Source: Candidatus Methanomethylophilaceae archaeon
GTDB lineage: Archaea > Thermoplasmatota > Thermoplasmata > Methanomassiliicoccales > Methanomethylophilaceae
Reading direction: 5' to 3'
NCBI GenBank assembly: GCA_050950505.1
Contig: JBMNHS010000001.1
Location: 256,001-320,000, forward strand
DNA: 64,000 nucleotides
A program made the position numbers and the translations under genes. A model generated the notes under the pieces. It worked only from the letters and a program-made list of their open reading frames with translations. It did not search any database and was not told the origin of the DNA. Position 1 is the first letter of the stretch; each line of letters begins with the position of its first letter. Below are positions 58,833 to 64,000 of this stretch, one piece after another.

Positions 58833-59174
58833 TTGAAGACCGTGTACACAGTCGCGTTCAAAGACGGAAAATTTCTGATGGTTTTCAATCCCGAAAGAAA
58901 TGGCTGGGAAATGCCCGGCGGAAAAATAGAGAAAAACGAAGACGTGAAAGACGCGGCAATAAGGGAATTTCTGGAAGAATCGGGATATGAGGTGGATATC
59001 GTGTCCGTGAGAAATCTGAACCACTGCTGGGTGTGTTCCGCACGTCTGAAAGACAAAGTGTCGGATTCGGAGATGGAAAGCGAATTGTTCGAAACTCTGC
59101 CCGATGAATTGTTTTTCGATAAAAAAGAGTACGATGAAGTCATACCTTGGGCGCTGAAAGAACTGAACGAATAA
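58833..59174 (+). CDS. NUDIX hydrolase
   Basis: Nudix box 'GGKIEKNEDVKDAAIREFLEESG'; start uncertain (58812 or 58833). Confidence 0.9.
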   Translation: MKTVYTVAFKDGKFLMVFNPERNGWEMPGGKIEKNEDVKDAAIREFLEESGYEVDIVSVRNLNHCWVCSARLKDKVSDSEMESELFETLPDELFFDKKEYDEVIPWALKELNE

Positions 59175-59254
59175 TCGGGAATGGTCAACCTTTTAATAGT
59201 GGTTGCAGATTGTTGACGCAGTCAAGCCACCAAACCTATTCGGAGTAACAAATC

Positions 59255-59710
59255 ATGGCAAGAATGCACACGAGAAGAAGAGGAAAATCCGGTTCCGACC
59301 GCCCGTTGGTGTCCGAGAATCCCTCATGGGTCCCCATTGGAGAAACAGAAATAGAGGACCTTATTGTGAAACATGCGAAGGACGGTGCGGGATCCGCCAA
59401 AATCGGACTCATACTCAGAGACCAGTACGGCGTACCCGACGTCAAACTCGCCACAGGCAAAACAATCACGCAGATCATGGAAGAAAACAACGTTCTGTCT
59501 TCCATTCCCGAGGATCTTTCGAACCTCATGAGGAAGGCGATTTCCCTTAACGGTCACCTGAAAGAAAACAACCGCGACATAGCCAACAAAAGAGGTCTGG
59601 CTCTCATCGAGGCGAAAATCAGAAGGCTTGAGCGCTACTACAAAGGAAACGGTACTCTTCCCGCAGACTGGAAATATTCTCTGAAGAAAGCAGAACTTAT
59701 GCTTAAGTGA
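59255..59710 (+). CDS. rps15: 30S ribosomal protein S15 (uS15)
   Basis: 'MARMHTRRRGKSGS', 'LRDQYG', 'PEDL', 'IRRL..YY'. Confidence 0.98.
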   Translation: MARMHTRRRGKSGSDRPLVSENPSWVPIGETEIEDLIVKHAKDGAGSAKIGLILRDQYGVPDVKLATGKTITQIMEENNVLSSIPEDLSNLMRKAISLNGHLKENNRDIANKRGLALIEAKIRRLERYYKGNGTLPADWKYSLKKAELMLK

Positions 59711-61053
59711 GAATAACCATGGACCGCAGCGTCCCCCCCAAACTTCTTGAAGAACTTTCAAAAGCCGCGGACATCGTCCGCGGCCACGACTTTATTCATA
59801 TTTTTTCACATTACGACGCGGACGGTCTGTCCTCGGCGGCGATTCTTGCCAAAACCCTGCTGAGGGAAAAGAAAGAATTCCGCGTTACGCTGTTCACCAC
59901 TCTGGATGACGAAACTTTCCGTGAAATCGCCGCAAGCAACGCGGATTGCTTCATTCTTTCGGATATCGGCGCTTCCTACGTGAAAGAACTCGATGGCCTG
60001 AAACCCGACATAATCGTTTTGGACCACCACACCCCCGAGGGAACGGCGGAACGGATCTGTTGCATCAACCCCCATCTCCACGACATCGACGGCATGAAAT
60101 ACGGCTGCGGCGCGACCATGTCCTGTCTGTTCGGAATAACCATGGATGAAAACAATTGGGACTTGGTTCAGATTGCTTTCGCGGGGATGTCGGGAGACCG
60201 TCAGATAATCGACGGGCTGAACGGATATCTTCTGGACGGCGCCGTCAAAAGAAATCTGATAGAAATCGTCGACGGTTCGGTCATTCCTTTCGGAAGCCTT
60301 ACGGACAATCTGTTCCTTGCCGTAGATCCTTACGTCAGAGGGGTGAGCGGAAACGCCGAAGGCGTTGCCGGACTGTTGACGGATGCGGGAATACCGAGAG
60401 ATGCGAAAAGTCAGAATCTTTCGGAAACCGAGAGAAGAAAACTGTCTTCGCTGATTGTTTTGGATCTCGTCGAACAGGGAGTTTCCGCCGAGACCGTCGA
60501 ACAGGTGGCCGACAGAAAGTATTCTCTCAACGGCCGGAACATGGACTCCGCGGAACTGGCTTCTTTGTTGGACGGCTGCGGAAGAAACGGACTCACGGGG
60601 CTGGGGGTCGCTGTGGCCTGCGGGGACGAAGACAGTCTTGCCGAAGCGGAAGAAATCCGCAAAGAATACAGACGGAGCATAGTCCTGGGCGCAAAAGAAC
60701 TGGACGACCGCGGACTGACCCAGGAATCCGATATTCAGTGGTTTGACAGCAGCGAATCCGGTTACACCGGAGTGCTTTGCGGCGTCGCGATGAGTTATTT
60801 TGCCGATCCTTCGAAACCCACATTCGGTATAAACACTTCCGAAGAACTGGGTAAGGTTTCCGGGAGAGCCACCGACAAATTGCTGTCAAGGGGGGTAGAC
60901 CTGTCCGAAGCGCTGAAAAAAGCATGTGCCGCCGTCGGAGGTTCCGGAGGGGGCCACCGTATTGCCAGCGGAGGTTCTTTCCCTTCGGATCACAAAGAAG
61001 AATTCATTAAAATTTTGAATGAAACGATCGGCGAACAGTTCAGCGCCAAGTGA
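59707..61053 (+). CDS. DHH/DHHA1 phosphoesterase (RecJ/GAN-like)
   Basis: 'HYDADG', 'SDIG', 'LDHH', 'GGGH'; conserved position after rps15. Confidence 0.9.
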   Translation: MRITMDRSVPPKLLEELSKAADIVRGHDFIHIFSHYDADGLSSAAILAKTLLREKKEFRVTLFTTLDDETFREIAASNADCFILSDIGASYVKELDGLKPDIIVLDHHTPEGTAERICCINPHLHDIDGMKYGCGATMSCLFGITMDENNWDLVQIAFAGMSGDRQIIDGLNGYLLDGAVKRNLIEIVDGSVIPFGSLTDNLFLAVDPYVRGVSGNAEGVAGLLTDAGIPRDAKSQNLSETERRKLSSLIVLDLVEQGVSAETVEQVADRKYSLNGRNMDSAELASLLDGCGRNGLTGLGVAVACGDEDSLAEAEEIRKEYRRSIVLGAKELDDRGLTQESDIQWFDSSESGYTGVLCGVAMSYFADPSKPTFGINTSEELGKVSGRATDKLLSRGVDLSEALKKACAAVGGSGGGHRIASGGSFPSDHKEEFIKILNETIGEQFSAK

Positions 61054-62026
61054 CTTCCACTTCGTCCGTTCTGAACTTTTGTCTGACTTTAGTTTCGGAT
61101 ATCTCCATTCTCGTACCGGAATCGTACATGAGATGACCCAGCCACGCAATCATGGCGCCGTTGTCCACACACAGTCTGCGGTCGGGAACAAACATTTCCG
61201 CTCCTCTGGCTTCTGCCATCTCCCCCGCCATTTCCCTGAGACGTTGGTTCTGCACCACGCCGCCTCCGAGAAGGACTTCGTGTTTTCCCGTGTGGGCCAT
61301 TGCTCTTTCGGTGACTTCCGTCAACATCGCAAAGGCCGTTTCCTGCACGGACATGGCTATGTCTTCCAATCTGTGACCTTTTTTGTAAAGAGCCAGGGCC
61401 GCGGTCATGATGCCCGAAAAAGAAACGTCCATCCCTTTCACGGAATACGGAATGTCCAGGAGTTCTTCGCCGCCTCTCGCAAGTTCTTCGATTTTTGGTC
61501 CGGCATAGAAACCCAGACCCAGTTCCCTTCCGAGTTTGTCAAACATGTTTCCGATGCCTATGTCTTCGGTTTCCCCGAATATTCTGTATCTTCCTTCGGA
61601 GAACGCGATTATCTGGGTGTTGCCGCCGGAAGCGTACAACAGGGCGGGGTCTTCGCAACCCTGAAGTTTACGGCCGATTTCGATGTGGGCGATGCAATGA
61701 TTCACGCCCATTATCGGAATTTTGAGTCTGTGGGAAAGGGTTCTCGCGGCAGTGGCGGATGTTTTCAGACAGGGTCCCAGTCCCGGGCCCATCGAAAAGG
61801 AAACGAGATCCACGTCGTTTATGCTTATGCCCGCCTGATCCAGAGCTTTTTCGACATCCGCCGCCACATTCTCCGCATGATGGTTGGCGGCCTCTCTGGG
61901 ATGGAGTCCTCCCTGAGGGGGGCGGTACATGTCTATCACATTCGCTATGACAACGCCGTCATCGTCGGAATCGACGATTCCCACACCCAAAGTGTGAGCG
62001 GTGCTTTCGATACCCAGTGTTATCAT
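61040..62026 (-). CDS. kae1: tRNA N6-threonylcarbamoyltransferase Kae1
   Basis: 'LGIESTAHT', 'GPGLG', 'NHCIAHIE', 'SGGNTQ', 'DNGAMIA'. Confidence 0.96.
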   Translation of the reverse strand: MITLGIESTAHTLGVGIVDSDDDGVVIANVIDMYRPPQGGLHPREAANHHAENVAADVEKALDQAGISINDVDLVSFSMGPGLGPCLKTSATAARTLSHRLKIPIMGVNHCIAHIEIGRKLQGCEDPALLYASGGNTQIIAFSEGRYRIFGETEDIGIGNMFDKLGRELGLGFYAGPKIEELARGGEELLDIPYSVKGMDVSFSGIMTAALALYKKGHRLEDIAMSVQETAFAMLTEVTERAMAHTGKHEVLLGGGVVQNQRLREMAGEMAEARGAEMFVPDRRLCVDNGAMIAWLGHLMYDSGTRMEISETKVRQKFRTDEVEVTWR

Positions 62027-62265
62027 TTGTTTTCTGCGATCTCCATGATTTTCTCAAGAACTTTTATGGAACCTTCGGCGACGAACTCGTCATCGAGCAC
62101 CAGTACCGGAAAGGTTTTGTCCAGGATTTCACAGAACGCTCCCTCGGCCAGTCCGTCGACGGTGTCGACGTTCAGGATTTTTGGTTCAATTCCGGAAGGA
62201 AGTCTTTCCTTTACATAATCGCATTTCGGACAATCGTTCTTGGTGAACAGTTTGATCTCGACCAT
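62023..62265 (-). CDS. glutaredoxin/thioredoxin-like protein
   Basis: '[10 protein letters not shown]', 'TFPVL'. Confidence 0.8.
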   Translation of the reverse strand: MVEIKLFTKNDCPKCDYVKERLPSGIEPKILNVDTVDGLAEGAFCEILDKTFPVLVLDDEFVAEGSIKVLEKIMEIAENK

Positions 62266-62389
62266 GATGCGGGAGAAACTTCTCACGATTAAAGACTATC
62301 GTGAACGTGTGCCAGAACGACCGCTGAAACGAAGAGGGATTCGACCGAATGAAAAGATATAATTACTTAGAGAGTATCGGTTGTTCATC

Positions 62390-62466
62390 GGGCTCGTGGT
62401 CTAGTTGGTTATGACGTCGCATTGACATTGCGAAGGTCGCCAGTTCAAATCTGGCCGGGCCCACCA
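62390..62466 (+). tRNA. tRNA-Val(GAC), CCA encoded
   Basis: Anticodon arm TCGCA-TTGACAT-TGCGA. Confidence 0.95.
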
Positions 62467-62626
62467 TATCTTACTTCATTCCCGCAACTTTGTTGACTTT
62501 ATAGATAATACTTATTATACCGGGGTTATACGCAAAACAAGCCACGGTATTGAAAATGACGGAATCCCGCATCCGTTTCTTCGGAATGGGGATCCGTTGC
62601 TTGCAAAAGGATGGGACTGAGAAAAC

Positions 62627-64000
62627 ATGGACGGCATATTATCAAACATTTCGTTGGATGACATAATCGCCGTCGTCGATGAATACATCTGGTATTTGGC
62701 GTTCATAGTTCTGATAGGTGCCGGACTTTATCTCACATACAAATTCAAAGGGATTCAGTTCACGAGATTCATTGAATCCATGAAACTCTCTTTCGGAGGC
62801 ACCAAAAGTACAAGCGAACAATCGGTTTCGTCCATGGAAGCTTTCTGGGTGGGGGTCGGGGCCCGTATAGGCATCGGCAAGATCGCCGGGGTCGCCATGG
62901 CAATCATTCTCGGCGGAGCCGGAGCAATATTTTGGATTTGGGTATTTGCTTTGATAAGCTGTGCCAGCTGTTTTGCCGAATGTACTCTGGGACAGATATT
63001 CAAAGACAAGAAGTCCGACGGTCTGTTTCACGGCGGTCCCGCGTATTATATCAGAGACGGGTTGAAAAATCCGAAATTTGCGAAATTGGTAGCCATTCTT
63101 ATAGTGCTCACTTACGCGGTGGGTTTCATCGGAATACAGGCTTCCAGCGCCACCGCCTCCCTCGTGGACACTTTCGATGCGGAAAAATACAGAATGATAT
63201 TTGCAATCGCCTTGGCCGCAACGACCGGACTGATGATGATCCGCGGAATCAAAGGTGTGGCAAAATCTCTGGCGAAAATAGTTCCCTTGGTGTCCATAGT
63301 GTGGTTTTTCATGGTAATTGTGACCGTGGTCTTCAATTGGAGATACATCGACGACGCAATCATCATGATTGTCAAAGGGGCCTTCGGATTGGACAGTATC
63401 ATGGGCGGAACTTTGGCCGCAGCGGTGATGTGGGGCATGAAACGGAGCGTTTTCTCAAACACCGCGGGAATAGGGGCCATCCCCAACGTATCTTCCGCCG
63501 CGGATGTCCGTCACCCCGTGGAACAGGGACTTTCACAGTCCTTCGGTGTGATTCTGGACACCATCATCTGTACCGGAACCGCGCTGATCATCCTCACAAG
63601 TTCGGACATGGGTTCGCTTCTGGGCATCGGTAACGGGATTGAACTTGTTTCCGCGGCGATGGCCGCCGGTCCTTTCGGGGTTTACGCACCCTATCTTCTG
63701 ACGGGAATCATTCTGATTTTCGTCATAATCAGCATTGTCAGTTCGTATTCCATCTGTGAAGTCAATCTTATGTTCCTCAGTGAAAAACCCATATACTCGG
63801 CGATGCTGAAAATCGGAATCCTTCTTTCCATATTCGTATCGTCGATATTGCCGGCGGACATAGTTTGGAGTCTGTCCGACATTCTGATGGCCGCGTTGGG
63901 AATCGCGAACATGGTTGCCGTCCTCAAACTGACGGATTACGTCATGGAAGCTCTCAGGGATTACAACCGTCAGAGGGCCGCGAACAAAGTTCCGGTGTTC
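62627..64000 (+). CDS. alanine/glycine:cation symporter (AGCS) family, 3' end beyond window
   Basis: Not in the ORF track because it runs off the window; translation from ATG 62627 gives 'ARIGIGKIAGVA.AI..GGAGAIFW.W', 'GGPAYYI', 'KRSVFSN.AG.G', 'HPVEQG', 'DTIICT'. Confidence 0.9.
   Translation, partial: MDGILSNISLDDIIAVVDEYIWYLAFIVLIGAGLYLTYKFKGIQFTRFIESMKLSFGGTKSTSEQSVSSMEAFWVGVGARIGIGKIAGVAMAIILGGAGAIFWIWVFALISCASCFAECTLGQIFKDKKSDGLFHGGPAYYIRDGLKNPKFAKLVAILIVLTYAVGFIGIQASSATASLVDTFDAEKYRMIFAIALAATTGLMMIRGIKGVAKSLAKIVPLVSIVWFFMVIVTVVFNWRYIDDAIIMIVKGAFGLDSIMGGTLAAAVMWGMKRSVFSNTAGIGAIPNVSSAADVRHPVEQGLSQSFGVILDTIICTGTALIILTSSDMGSLLGIGNGIELVSAAMAAGPFGVYAPYLLTGIILIFVIISIVSSYSICEVNLMFLSEKPIYSAMLKIGILLSIFVSSILPADIVWSLSDILMAALGIANMVAVLKLTDYVMEALRDYNRQRAANKVPVF

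Noticed and set aside
59199-59230. Hairpin TTGAC-gca-GTCAA upstream of rps15 as an S15 leader
   Set aside because: Short, and straddles the start site predicted from the TATA at ~59191, so probably not fully transcribed.
62440-62466. tRNA-Val 3' end nearly identical to tRNA-Pro(GGG) 3' end as attL/attR pair
   Set aside because: Both are complete tRNAs in inverted orientation enclosing core genes; ordinary tRNA similarity.

Overview
Archaeal chromosome segment, most likely from a Methanomassiliicoccales-type member of Thermoplasmatota. This is inferred from the archaeal information-processing genes, the BspA-like surface proteins, and the fact that none of the ~70 called genes ends in TAG. 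About 1-16.5 kb is an accessory region ending at tRNA-Pro(GGG). It holds a KAP NTPase with an in-frame amber codon, a truncated ABC ATPase, a cation/H+ antiporter, a candidate ADP-ribosyltransferase toxin/partner pair, two large LRR surface proteins flanking two paralogous HTH genes, and an intact IS110 element with structured non-coding ends. The rest is mostly core genome: ribosomal/RNAP genes, an Lrp-led DAP lysine operon, gap/pgk, ilvBC, KEOPS subunits, PolB and 5 tRNAs. The standout is a compact, translationally coupled E1-Ubl-E2-JAB operon (19813-21796, minus strand) whose parts look eukaryote-like: a Ubl that aligns without gaps to ubiquitin and keeps a K48 equivalent, an HPN-type E2, and an Rpn11-like JAMM. 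It has no E3. All calls come from motif recognition by eye; no database searches were run.
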